IMG/VR virus record: IMGVR_UViG_3300032269_000479
Location: 1 to 50,174 of that record
DNA: 50,174 nt
Reading direction: 5' to 3' (one strand)
From: a virus
Lineage: Duplodnaviria > Caudoviricetes
Of the stretch, positions 36,416 through 46,046 are shown piece after piece. The notes beneath the pieces were generated by a model. The model saw only the letters and a program-made list of their open reading frames with translations. It ran no database searches and was not told where the DNA came from. Position 1 is the first letter of the stretch. Every line of letters begins with the position of its first letter. The translations under genes and the position numbers were made by a program.

Positions 36416-36689
36416 ACCCGATCCTGTTGAAGAAGTAACGAGTTCTGGTATTGTTCTTGCAACAAACAAGAAACTGGAACAAGGAGCAACTGTAATTGGA
36501 ACTATCGTCGATATCGGCGAAGATGCGTGGAAAGCCTTCAAACCGCGAACTGCGTATGCTGGTCTTAATATAGGTGATCGAGTCTTTTATGCCAAGTATG
36601 CGGGCAAGATGATTCAAGAAGATCCCCAAAATGAAGACGAGATTTATCTAGTGGTGAACGACGAGGATATCGTCTGTAAGGTGATCTAA
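36381..36689 (+). CDS. groES: Co-chaperonin GroES
   Basis: RIIIKP...EEVTSSGIVL...G.IV.IG...GDRV.YAKYAG...DEDI. Confidence 0.92.
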   Translation: MLKAIAHRIIIKPDPVEEVTSSGIVLATNKKLEQGATVIGTIVDIGEDAWKAFKPRTAYAGLNIGDRVFYAKYAGKMIQEDPQNEDEIYLVVNDEDIVCKVI

Positions 36690-36709
36690 ACCGGAAGGAA
36701 AGTAGACAT

Positions 36710-37573
36710 ATGTCTGAAGAACTTGGCATCATTGTTCCAGGAAGTCGTGAAGACATCCAATCACTTAAAGAACAAAAGGCAAGACAAGAAGGCTGGAAAC
36801 CCCTCGAAGAGTTTGACGGTGATCCGACCGAATGGGCGGAAGCCGGAGAATTCCTAGCACGAGGCCCTCTCCTACGCGAGATTAAAGAGCTTAAAAAGCA
36901 CATCAGTAAACAGCGGGAAGCAACTGATCGGGATATGCAGCTTATCTCAAAACAGTTTGCTCAAATGAGTTCAGCAGCTTATACAAAAGCCCTGGCTGAT
37001 CTTCAAGCGCAGCGTGACATTGCTATTGAGGACCGAGACACGGCAGCTGTAAGGCAGCTGGATAAAGAGATTGACGACGTTAAGGTAGGCCATGCGCAAG
37101 CCCAAGCTACTGTAAATCAGACACGAACAACTCAGACAGTTGCAGCAACAGAAGAACTGAATGCGTGGCGTGGCGAGAACAAGTGGTTTGATTCTGATAA
37201 AGAACTGCAAGACGAGGCTGTTGCGATTGGTGTTGGGTATCTTGCAAAGAACCCGAACAAGACCCAAGGCGATATGCTTTCTCATGTTGAAGACCGAATC
37301 AAGAAGATCTATCCCGAAAAGTTTAAACAGAAGGAATTTATGTCTGATAACGACACAAGTGAAACACCCCAGAAAGTAGAATCTGGAAATCTGCGGCCAA
37401 GCCTAGGCAATAAAAAGGGCAAAATGTCAGCTGCCGATCTTGACGACGATGAACGGGCTGTCATGAAAACACTCATTAAACGGGGTGTTCTGAAAGAGGT
37501 TGCACTTAAAAACAAACGAAGTGAACAAGAAGAATTTCTTGCCCAACTAGCTGAAAGAAAGGCACAGGGTTAA
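36710..37573 (+). CDS. Capsid scaffolding protein
   Basis: AR..GWKP.EEF.GD...W..A.EF, coiled coil, W...N.WF, located before the capsid genes. Confidence 0.75.
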   Translation: MSEELGIIVPGSREDIQSLKEQKARQEGWKPLEEFDGDPTEWAEAGEFLARGPLLREIKELKKHISKQREATDRDMQLISKQFAQMSSAAYTKALADLQAQRDIAIEDRDTAAVRQLDKEIDDVKVGHAQAQATVNQTRTTQTVAATEELNAWRGENKWFDSDKELQDEAVAIGVGYLAKNPNKTQGDMLSHVEDRIKKIYPEKFKQKEFMSDNDTSETPQKVESGNLRPSLGNKKGKMSAADLDDDERAVMKTLIKRGVLKEVALKNKRSEQEEFLAQLAERKAQG

Positions 37574-37581
37574 AAGAGAAT

Positions 37582-38013
37582 ATGACAAAACCTGCACTTG
37601 AAGAGCGCCCAAGCAAAATCAACCGAGCGGCACGTCCAGAACGAACTCCCATTAATGGGTATCGTGATATTCTGAGTGTTGCCGGTAAAGAACCTGGATT
37701 CCACTACTGTTGGGTAAATGAGGATAAAGTTCCTCGCTACGAATCGGCTTTGTATGAGTTCGTTACCCATGATGTTAAAGTTGGTGATCGGCGAATTAAC
37801 GCCGCTTCACAGGTAGGTGGAAAAATTACCCTTGCAGTCGGTAATGGTGTTACAGCCTACCTTATGCGGGTTCTTGACGAGTATTACGATGAAGATATGG
37901 CAAAACTTAATACCGAGCTTGATGAACTGGAAGCCGGATTGAGAGCGAACTTTAACAGTAAGGCAGACGGTCGATACGGAAACGTAGAGACCAAAGTCAC
38001 AAAGGGCGGATAG
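37582..38013 (+). CDS. Hypothetical head-module protein
   Basis: 143 aa, PGFHY.WVN...YEFV...AYLM. Confidence 0.7.
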   Translation: MTKPALEERPSKINRAARPERTPINGYRDILSVAGKEPGFHYCWVNEDKVPRYESALYEFVTHDVKVGDRRINAASQVGGKITLAVGNGVTAYLMRVLDEYYDEDMAKLNTELDELEAGLRANFNSKADGRYGNVETKVTKGG

Positions 38014-38091
38014 CACGTCTATCACGCTAACTGTTAGGCATATCCTCATCTAAACGTTTTAAAGTTTTAATAATCTAATAAGGATATAAAT

Positions 38092-38682
38092 ATGCCTAAT
38101 ACCTCACGTATTAGTGGTGCCCGTCCGGTTAAACACCTGAACGGGGGTCCCTGGAACGGACAAGTAAACATCTATGAAGTTCCTGTGGGCGAAACTGTAG
38201 CTATTTTTAAAGGCGACTTTGTAAAAGCCTCTGACTCTGCTGGCACAGATGTTTTCCCTGTTTGCGAAGCTTACGGGACCGGCACTGAGGTTACGTCTGG
38301 ACTGATTCTTGGTGTGTGTATGGGTTTTGTCATTGATCCGACTAACCTTAACACTCCCCAATATCGGCTTGCTTCAACGAAACGATATATCTATGTTGCC
38401 GACGCTCCGGATCTTATTTTCCAGATCCAAGATGGTGCCACTGTGACTACACCTAAAGCCAGTGTTGGTTTGAACTGCGGTGTGAATACCACGGCTGGTA
38501 GCACGACAACTGGTTTGTCGAATTACACAACGGGTGCAACTGCGGCCACGACAACCAACACTCTTCCTCTGAAGATTGTGGGTATTGTGAACGCCCCCGA
38601 TAACGAAGCAGCGGCCCAATACCAGCAACTGTTGGTGCTCATTAACCAACACTACTACATGGGCGGCCAGACGGCTGTTTAA
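38092..38682 (+). CDS. Capsid decoration / cement protein
   Basis: Beta-rich (IFKGD.V...GV..G...V.D.PD..F), immediately upstream of the major capsid gene. Confidence 0.65.
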   Translation: MPNTSRISGARPVKHLNGGPWNGQVNIYEVPVGETVAIFKGDFVKASDSAGTDVFPVCEAYGTGTEVTSGLILGVCMGFVIDPTNLNTPQYRLASTKRYIYVADAPDLIFQIQDGATVTTPKASVGLNCGVNTTAGSTTTGLSNYTTGATAATTTNTLPLKIVGIVNAPDNEAAAQYQQLLVLINQHYYMGGQTAV

Positions 38683-38699
38683 TTAAGGAGACTATATAA

Positions 38700-39611
38700 A
38701 TGGCTACTGTTACCTCAAGTAATTTTAGTAAGGCACTACAGGTAGGTGTAAATGCCTGGTATGGAAAAGCTTACGATGAATACCCCGTGGAATGGACATC
38801 TCTTTTTGACCAGTTCACAAGTCGTAAGGCTTTTGAAGAGGATGTCGGAACTTCTGGTTTCGGCCTTGCTCGCGTGAAAATTGAGGGTTCGCCTATCGAA
38901 TATGATACCGAATCGCAAGGCTTCACGTCGCGTTACACTCACGTTAATTACGGCCTTGGTTTTATCATCACTCGTGAAATGTTTGATGACGACCAATACG
39001 ACGTGGTTGCTGAGAAGCGCGCTCGAATGCTTGCTTTTTCCATGCGCCAGACCAAAGAAGTAGTTGGAGCTAACGTGTATAACCGTGCTTTCACAGCGGG
39101 CTATACCGGTGGTGACGGACAGGTTCTTTTGAGCAGCGCCCACGTCAACGTGCGTGGCGGAACTTTCTCGAACATTCTGTCAACAGCTGCGAATATCTCG
39201 GAAGCTTCTCTGGAACAAGGGTGTATTGATATTGCCAAGTTCACAAACGATGCGGGCCTCCGTATTGCTGTGCAACCGCAGAAAATTATCATTCCGGTTG
39301 ATTCCCAGTTTGAGCTTGAGCGTATTCTGAAAACACAGTATCGCGTTGGCTCGGCTAACAACGATATCAGTGCTCTCTATTCGATGGGTAAGTTCCCAGG
39401 AGGCATGGTTGTCAATCACTACTTGACTTCCACAACCGCTTGGTTTATTCGGACAAATGCTCCGGACGGTCTCAAGTATTTCTCGCGGAAGGACGATGCT
39501 TTTGGCGAGGATAACGATTTCGATACTGACAACGCGAAGTTTAAAGCAACTTCCCGTTACAGCTTCGGATGGACTGATCCGCGTGGTTTGTATGGAACTG
39601 CTGGTGTCTAA
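38700..39611 (+). CDS. Major capsid protein
   Basis: 303 aa, strong AAGGAG SD; S.KAFEE...GFG.A..K.EG..I.YD...YLTS..AWFI...D.DT.N.K......RYSFGW.DPRG. Confidence 0.9.
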   Translation: MATVTSSNFSKALQVGVNAWYGKAYDEYPVEWTSLFDQFTSRKAFEEDVGTSGFGLARVKIEGSPIEYDTESQGFTSRYTHVNYGLGFIITREMFDDDQYDVVAEKRARMLAFSMRQTKEVVGANVYNRAFTAGYTGGDGQVLLSSAHVNVRGGTFSNILSTAANISEASLEQGCIDIAKFTNDAGLRIAVQPQKIIIPVDSQFELERILKTQYRVGSANNDISALYSMGKFPGGMVVNHYLTSTTAWFIRTNAPDGLKYFSRKDDAFGEDNDFDTDNAKFKATSRYSFGWTDPRGLYGTAGV

Positions 39612-39711
39612 CCTTTAGTTTTACCTTGGGGTGTTGCAGTGAACGTAACTCTAGGAACTGGGTGCGCCTAGAACCCCATTAACACTTTTATAAATTGTTG
39701 GAGGATTTATT

Positions 39712-40467
39712 ATGGCTTCAAATGGTGCTGGTTTTACCGAATCTATTGTATTTGCCCCTGTTTCAAACCAGGCTGGATACGCATATCGCTCACGCATGGG
39801 AATGATTCCTAGTGCTGAGTTTGCAGTTTACATGGACGATTTCACTCAGGCGGTTACGACTAACCTTCCGGCTGGTTGGGACCAAGCAGTTATTGACACT
39901 AGTTCAACACTTGTAACAAGCACAACAGCAGGTTCTCTTGGGGCTACCGGAGGTGCTCTTATTGCTAACGGCGGCACGTCCGCTGGTGTAGCTGTGGCCG
40001 GAGAGAAGTGTATTCAGCTGACTGCTGGTAAACGTTTCTTCATGGAAACCCGAGTTCAAACCTCAATTGCGGCGGAAACAGAGGTTCAGTTTGGTCTTAC
40101 CGACTTGACTGCCGTTGTTAATCCGGAAGATCTGTGGACTACAGTTGCAAATAACTTGGTTGCTTTTGGCACACTTCCTGGCTCAGCTGCTCCTAAGATG
40201 TTAGCCGATAAAGCCAACTCAGGATCAAGTGCTGAGACTTCGACAGGCCTTTTGCTTAATACCACTTGGCATACCCTTGCTATTTTCTATAATGGAAGCA
40301 CTCTTTATGGATACCAAGATGGTAAACTGATTGAGTCGTGGGCACAAGCAATTGCAACAACTGTTCCGACTGGTGTGGCTTTGGCTCCTTTCTTTGGTGC
40401 GCGGACGGGTGCAACCGCAGGTAACGTAACCACGTTTGACTACCTCCGTTACGTCATCGAGCGATAA
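39712..40467 (+). CDS. Virion structural protein (lectin / LamG-like beta sandwich)
   Basis: DDF...W...WHTLAI.Y.G......Y.DG...DY; Thr/Ala-rich. Confidence 0.6.
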   Translation: MASNGAGFTESIVFAPVSNQAGYAYRSRMGMIPSAEFAVYMDDFTQAVTTNLPAGWDQAVIDTSSTLVTSTTAGSLGATGGALIANGGTSAGVAVAGEKCIQLTAGKRFFMETRVQTSIAAETEVQFGLTDLTAVVNPEDLWTTVANNLVAFGTLPGSAAPKMLADKANSGSSAETSTGLLLNTTWHTLAIFYNGSTLYGYQDGKLIESWAQAIATTVPTGVALAPFFGARTGATAGNVTTFDYLRYVIER

Positions 40468-40480
40468 TAAGTAACTATAG

Positions 40481-40505
40481 GGGGTATCTTCGGATGCCCT
40501 TTATT
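40481..40505 (+). terminator. Rho-independent terminator
   Basis: GGGTATC-TTCG-GATGCCC-TTTATT. Confidence 0.75.
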
Positions 40506-40529
40506 CCCAACCAAAGAGGAATCTAAAAT

Positions 40530-41168
40530 ATGCGACCACAGAAACTGGGTCCGTTTTCTCCTGTAACTACTTCGGCAGCGGGCCTTGCCTCTGCCGTTGC
40601 TTATTCAGGAAACGGTTATACCCTTTCCGCAACAAGTGCTGGCGACAACTTGGCACACCTTATTACAGTCGGTGGTCTTGCTGCCACTGACCACAGTGCA
40701 AAAACAATTACTGTTACAGGCACAGATGCTGAAAACAACGCTTTGTCTGAAAACATTGCCGGTCCTAACGGAGTGGCAACTGTAACAACAACTAAATACT
40801 TTAAAACTGTAACCTCTGTAACAATCTCTGCTACAACAGGTGCTGATACTTTTAACATTGGCTGGAACGTAGGGGCTGTTAGTCAGTGTTTGCCCTTGGA
40901 TATTCGTTGTGTTCCGTTTAGTGTTGGTCTTATGACTGACATCAGTGGGACAATCAACTACACAGTCCAGCACACAATGCAAGACATTCTGAAAACAGTG
41001 GCTGCTGTAAATGCTACGTGGATTGCTAATGCAGCCCCAATGTCAGGAGCAACAGCAGACCAGACAAGCAACTACTCAACTCCGGTTACAGGAACTCGCC
41101 TGTTGATCAATTCTGTTACAAACGGAGCTACAATTCAATATGATGTTCTTCAAGGACTGGGGAATTAA
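40530..41168 (+). CDS. Virion structural protein
   Basis: Thr/Ala-rich; TITVTGTD...E.IAGPN...TT..YFKTVTS. Confidence 0.65.
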   Translation: MRPQKLGPFSPVTTSAAGLASAVAYSGNGYTLSATSAGDNLAHLITVGGLAATDHSAKTITVTGTDAENNALSENIAGPNGVATVTTTKYFKTVTSVTISATTGADTFNIGWNVGAVSQCLPLDIRCVPFSVGLMTDISGTINYTVQHTMQDILKTVAAVNATWIANAAPMSGATADQTSNYSTPVTGTRLLINSVTNGATIQYDVLQGLGN

Positions 41169-41170
41169 TT

Positions 41171-41680
41171 ATGGGTGTTTCTACTGAAAATGATTTCAGC
41201 AAACTTGAAGAGATCCAAAAGATCTCTCTTTTCTTTGACGCCATTATGAACCCTGAAAAGTTTGTAAAGGTTGTGAAAGATGCTAAAGATATTTTGGAGG
41301 ATTACAAAAAGATCGTTGGTCCTTATACAACCATTAAAGCAGCCGAGGACTACAAATCAAAGATTGAACAGGCTCTTCGTGAAGAAGATGCGGTTCTTTC
41401 CGATAAATATAACAGTATTGTTGAACGAGAAGCTGCTTTCGATTCCAAGATGGCCCAAAAGCTAACTGACATTGCTCGACAAAAAGCAGAGGCTGATCAA
41501 GCCCTGGCTGATTTAATCACTAAAGAACGGAGCATTCAAGAACAGTATAAAGACATCGCTTTAGAAAAGTCTGTGCTTGCTGCTGATAAAGCTGAGTTTC
41601 AAGAGTTTGTGGCCCAGCTTCAGAAAAAAGAACAGGAACTTTTGGATAAATCCGAAAAACTTAAATCCCTTTTAGGTTAA
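41171..41680 (+). CDS. Coiled-coil hypothetical protein
   Basis: 169 aa with K/E-rich heptads. Confidence 0.65.
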   Translation: MGVSTENDFSKLEEIQKISLFFDAIMNPEKFVKVVKDAKDILEDYKKIVGPYTTIKAAEDYKSKIEQALREEDAVLSDKYNSIVEREAAFDSKMAQKLTDIARQKAEADQALADLITKERSIQEQYKDIALEKSVLAADKAEFQEFVAQLQKKEQELLDKSEKLKSLLG

Positions 41681-41713
41681 GATGATATTGTTTTGTTATG
41701 GGCGGGGTGATTA

Positions 41714-44700
41714 ATGGCGACCCTCTATAGTAAAGCGTCCGCCGACTTCATGGCGCTCGGCACGTTCAACACGCTGGCGAACGGCACCGGCGCGGACACG
41801 ATACCGACCGCCGCCGATGACCTGATCCTGCAGAATGGCCACAACGTCACAATTGGCACGACGACGGCGGTGGCCAAGACCATCACGGCGCAGTCCGGCA
41901 GCACGCTGACGCACAGCACTGCGGCGAACAGTAAGCTGGTGATGTCTGGGGCTGTCACGTTTCAATCAGGATCAACGCACACTTGCAATCTGAGTTCGGT
42001 GCCGTCCATTACGACTGATATTCAGTCAAACGGAACGGCTGGCACCGCCAACTGCATTTGGACATATGACGACGGCGCAAACTTCACACTCAAAGGCGCT
42101 CCACGGACGCGGTGGACTACGCTGACTGCGGCAGTCACTGGCGGCGTTTCTACTTCGTGCTCTGTGGCAAACTCTAGCGGATGGCAGACAGGCGACCTCC
42201 TGATATTCGAGGACACTCAGCCTTACGTAAATTCATCGACGTTCAAAATTGACGTTCTGAATTCGTCAGGATCACCGACTGGTTTTGCTGCGGCCTTAAC
42301 GTATGACCACGCATCGGGTGGCACGGTTGGGAATTTCAGCAGCAATGTGCGTTTTCAGCCGGTGACGGTGACGGATGTTTTCTTTGAGCTTCGTTGTTTG
42401 TCGAACGGCTTTGGAGCTTATATTCCGTGCAGTCGATCCGTTCAAGACGTTCTTTTCTACAACGTCTTGCTCAGACTTTCTGGTAGCGCCGATTCAGGTG
42501 CCTACTCGTATATCGGCTCAAATGCGCACTACCAGTCCAACAGTAACGCTTTACTGGTGAACACCAATGTTTTGTCGCCGACCAAAGGTCTCAGCTACAA
42601 CGACTCCGCCCTTTATACCACCTTCAATACCCCAGTGATTATTGGCGGTTCAGGCGGCGGCGGCGGCTTGAGCTTCAGCAACTTATGTATCTTCCGTGCG
42701 GATTGGGGTATGCAGGCATTGTCGCCCGGAATGGCTTTTTCAGGTCTCCGTGCCAGTCACCTTGGCACCGTTTCCCCCGGCCTTTCTCCGGGCTATGCGG
42801 TCGTTGGAATGCGCCTAGACGATTCCTATTTCAATAATTCAGAAGGCCCTCTTTTTTTTACTGGAGAGATGGCCCTGACACGGTGCCAGATCGGCACTAA
42901 ATTTGGCGCGACTCACCGCGCTGCAGGTGGCGATTATCGGTGGGGTGGTTTTTGCAAAATTGACATGACCGATTGCGAGTTTCAGACATCGGGCCTATGG
43001 GATGGGTCTCCGGATGGGAATTTAGGGTCTGAGTTTGACACCCTGATTGACGGCTCCTATCTGCGATTCAGGAATAAAAACCGAGACGTATCTGTGCAGG
43101 AATATTACTCCCCTAGGGGTGCCGTTTTCAGAGATAACTCGGAGAAAAATCGGTCAACGTCGGCAATGAAGTTTCGCCCTCGCGCGCTTGGCAAAGACCT
43201 GCAAAAAACAGTTTCAATCCCCTGCGCCAACGGCGCAACCGTGCGCGTGGTTGGCTACTGCAAGGCCAGCACGGCGTTCTACAACGGCGGCGGCTCGAAC
43301 TGGACGCCGCCGACGGTATCGCTTTCCGGCACGATCAACGGCGTCACGCTGACGCCGCCGGCACTGTTTACTTCGACATATAACGGCGGCGTTGGTGGGT
43401 TCGAGTTTTTCGACATCAGCATCACAAACAGTTCGGGCGCGGATGGCAACGTCACTCTGACATTCACCGCGAACCCGAAATCTGTCATCACCGGCGACGT
43501 TTACTTCGACGGCGTTCCGACCAGCGACGAGTTCATCACCAAGGCGCGGCATTACGGTTTCGTGTTTGATCAGACGTCCCCCAATGTTTCAGGGGTTAGC
43601 GCGGTGAGTGGTTCATCAGCGTGGTCTGCATCCGGTAGTGGCGCGGCATCACTGACTGCAGAAACAACGGCGATCGGCATCACCGGCGTCACCATCCCAT
43701 CACCAAGCTCCAGCGCCAGCGCGATCGTTCTCACCGCAAGCAAGACGTTCCAGCAGGTCTACGACTATACGCAGGCGTGGGCCTGCACGACGGCAAACCT
43801 TGGCTATGCGGTTCCTTGTTCTGCTCCGGTGGCTGGCTCACTGATTGCGGCGGCGAACATCACGACGACAGGTTGCTCGCTGACCGGCAGTGGCAGCATT
43901 GCGATGGGCGCTTACACGCTCACCAGCGAATTCACGGCGGGCGGCTATGCGTTCACCTATACGGGTGGCACCTATTCGCAGGCCACCGCAGGCGCTCCGG
44001 TATTCACTGGCGGCACGCTCTACATGCCGGCGCAGGGCGCGATCACGGTGGTCTATACTTTCACCGGCAACACGATGACGGTGAATTTCAACCCGTCAGC
44101 AAACGGCGCGAATTACAACTTAAGTTCGGGCACGTTCACCGGCACGATCACGCTGACGAATACCTCGGGGCGCAACTGCACTGTGCAGTTGCCGACCGGC
44201 ACGACGGTATCAAACAGCACCAGCGGCGCGAACCTGATTACGGTGGTGTCGCCTTCGATTTATCAGTCCGTGACGATCACTGGCGCTGTCGCCGGCTCAC
44301 GTATCCAGCTATACGACACAACCCACAGTGTCGAACTCTACAACGGCACACCGACGTTCCCATATACGTGGACTGACCCAACGCCAGCTGCTTCGACACG
44401 AGCTATTCGGCTCCGCGTTGCATATCAATCGACGGTCACGGCGAAGAACTTTATCGACGTGAACATTGGAACGTGCGCCACGTCAGGCGCGGGTAAAGAC
44501 ATCAGCTATCTCGTCGCGCAGAAAAACGATTTCGCCTACAACCTATACGCCATCAACGGCAGCACTGTTACAGGAATTGCAATTTCAGTCGGGCCGAACC
44601 GCTGCACGTTTACGGTAACAGGTGACCGCACAAACCCTGAGATCTACGCCTACCAGGTCTACTGGCAATTCACGTCGGTCGGCATAGCGCAGGAGACGGC

Positions 44701-44998
44701 GTTCATTGAGTCTCCGACCGGTGTCGACTTCATCTACACCGACTTCAAGTGGAAGAACAACGGCGGGTCGACTATCACGATCAGCAGCGGCTATCCAGTT
44801 GATTCTGTCACTGGGCTATCGTCTACGCTGATCGACACGACCGGCGGCAATATCTGTGTCGCACCGAACCACGTTGTTCTGGCGACCACAGGAAGTGGTC
44901 CTTTAACAACAGCTCAGGCTGCCCAGTTGACAGCAATTGAAGGGGCCACTGTTGGAAATAGTCCTGTTGCTGGTGTAAGCCACACAAGCCCTAGGTAA
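41714..44998 (+). CDS. Large tail spike / fibre-like protein (G8-like N-terminus, beta-helix-like middle)
   Basis: 1094 aa, Thr/Ser/Gly-rich; PTAADD..LQNGHNVTI; visibly GC-richer codons than its neighbours. Confidence 0.65.
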   Translation: MATLYSKASADFMALGTFNTLANGTGADTIPTAADDLILQNGHNVTIGTTTAVAKTITAQSGSTLTHSTAANSKLVMSGAVTFQSGSTHTCNLSSVPSITTDIQSNGTAGTANCIWTYDDGANFTLKGAPRTRWTTLTAAVTGGVSTSCSVANSSGWQTGDLLIFEDTQPYVNSSTFKIDVLNSSGSPTGFAAALTYDHASGGTVGNFSSNVRFQPVTVTDVFFELRCLSNGFGAYIPCSRSVQDVLFYNVLLRLSGSADSGAYSYIGSNAHYQSNSNALLVNTNVLSPTKGLSYNDSALYTTFNTPVIIGGSGGGGGLSFSNLCIFRADWGMQALSPGMAFSGLRASHLGTVSPGLSPGYAVVGMRLDDSYFNNSEGPLFFTGEMALTRCQIGTKFGATHRAAGGDYRWGGFCKIDMTDCEFQTSGLWDGSPDGNLGSEFDTLIDGSYLRFRNKNRDVSVQEYYSPRGAVFRDNSEKNRSTSAMKFRPRALGKDLQKTVSIPCANGATVRVVGYCKASTAFYNGGGSNWTPPTVSLSGTINGVTLTPPALFTSTYNGGVGGFEFFDISITNSSGADGNVTLTFTANPKSVITGDVYFDGVPTSDEFITKARHYGFVFDQTSPNVSGVSAVSGSSAWSASGSGAASLTAETTAIGITGVTIPSPSSSASAIVLTASKTFQQVYDYTQAWACTTANLGYAVPCSAPVAGSLIAAANITTTGCSLTGSGSIAMGAYTLTSEFTAGGYAFTYTGGTYSQATAGAPVFTGGTLYMPAQGAITVVYTFTGNTMTVNFNPSANGANYNLSSGTFTGTITLTNTSGRNCTVQLPTGTTVSNSTSGANLITVVSPSIYQSVTITGAVAGSRIQLYDTTHSVELYNGTPTFPYTWTDPTPAASTRAIRLRVAYQSTVTAKNFIDVNIGTCATSGAGKDISYLVAQKNDFAYNLYAINGSTVTGIAISVGPNRCTFTVTGDRTNPEIYAYQVYWQFTSVGIAQETAFIESPTGVDFIYTDFKWKNNGGSTITISSGYPVDSVTGLSSTLIDTTGGNICVAPNHVVLATTGSGPLTTAQAAQLTAIEGATVGNSPVAGVSHTSPR

Positions 44999-45004
44999 AA
45001 TAAA

Positions 45005-45307
45005 ATGAAAAAAACAATCTGGAAAAGCGGGGATTATAATGCAGTCTGTGACCGCTGTGGATTTAAATTCAAAGCCTCAGACTTACAAGAAACTTGGGAT
45101 GGCCTCAAGGTCTGTAAAAAGGACTGGGAGATGCGTCACCCTCTTGATTTCCCTGTTGCTCAAAAAGGACCGGCCCCGCTTCCTTGGACACGTCCAGAAG
45201 TAACAGATGTGTTCGTTGCGGCTTGCACTGTTGTCGGCCGTCAGGCAGTTCCTGGTTTAGCGCAACCAGATTGTGCAATACCTAACCTTGATCTTGGATA
45301 TCGTTAA
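45005..45307 (+). CDS. Hypothetical Cys-containing protein
   Basis: CDRCGFK...W.GL.VC..DWE.RHP...RPE. Confidence 0.75.
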   Translation: MKKTIWKSGDYNAVCDRCGFKFKASDLQETWDGLKVCKKDWEMRHPLDFPVAQKGPAPLPWTRPEVTDVFVAACTVVGRQAVPGLAQPDCAIPNLDLGYR

Positions 45308-45309
45308 AT

Positions 45310-46044
45310 ATGGCTTCTACAACTTTTGTTTCAAAAACAGGTGTTATTCCGGCAGACTGGTTGAATGATGTCAACACCCTTGTCTGGGGTGTCTTTGCCG
45401 GATCAACAACAATAGGCCAAGTTAAAACACTTCTTGGTGTTCTTGCAGCAGGTCCTATTACAACTTCAGGTCTAACCCAAGCCACAAGCAGGCTTCTTGG
45501 ACGGACCACAGCTTCAACCGGAGCTATTGAAGAATTGACAGTCGGTTCAGGTTTGACCCTTTCTGCCGGTTCTCTTGCAGTTTCAGGAGCTTTTACAGCA
45601 AGCGGTTTAACTCAAGCAACCAACCGCCTTCTGGGTCGAACAACGGCTTCTACAGGAGCCACAGAAGAAATCTCTGTTGGTAACGGTCTTACATTTAGCT
45701 CTGGCAGTATCTCAATTAGTGGTATTGCCCAATCAATAAAAAGCGCAGCTTACACAACAGTTCTTGCTGATGCTAACACACACCTTCTTCACCCGTCGGC
45801 AGACACAACAGCTCGTATCTTCACAATTGACAGCAATGCCACAGTGGCCTATCCAATTGGAACAGCCATTACGATTGTTAATCAGAACGCAGCGGGTGTT
45901 ATCACAATCTCAATCAACACTGACACAATGCGACTTGCCGGAGCAGGAACAACTGGAAGTCGAACTTTGGCAGCAAATGGTATTGCAACAGCTTTAAAGA
46001 TTACCTCGACAGAGTGGATCATCTCTGGAACAGGATTGACCTAA
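45310..46044 (+). CDS. Tail fibre-like protein with an internal repeat
   Basis: I.ADWLNDVN N-terminus; two copies of SGLTQAT.RLLGRTTASTGA.EE..VG.GLT.S.GS; C-terminus ...W.ISG.GLT. Confidence 0.7.
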   Translation: MASTTFVSKTGVIPADWLNDVNTLVWGVFAGSTTIGQVKTLLGVLAAGPITTSGLTQATSRLLGRTTASTGAIEELTVGSGLTLSAGSLAVSGAFTASGLTQATNRLLGRTTASTGATEEISVGNGLTFSSGSISISGIAQSIKSAAYTTVLADANTHLLHPSADTTARIFTIDSNATVAYPIGTAITIVNQNAAGVITISINTDTMRLAGAGTTGSRTLAANGIATALKITSTEWIISGTGLT

Positions 46045-46046
46045 CC

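Noticed and set aside
43777-44376. 199-aa alternative-frame ORF inside the spike gene
   Set aside because: Arg/His-rich off-frame product expected from GC-rich codons.
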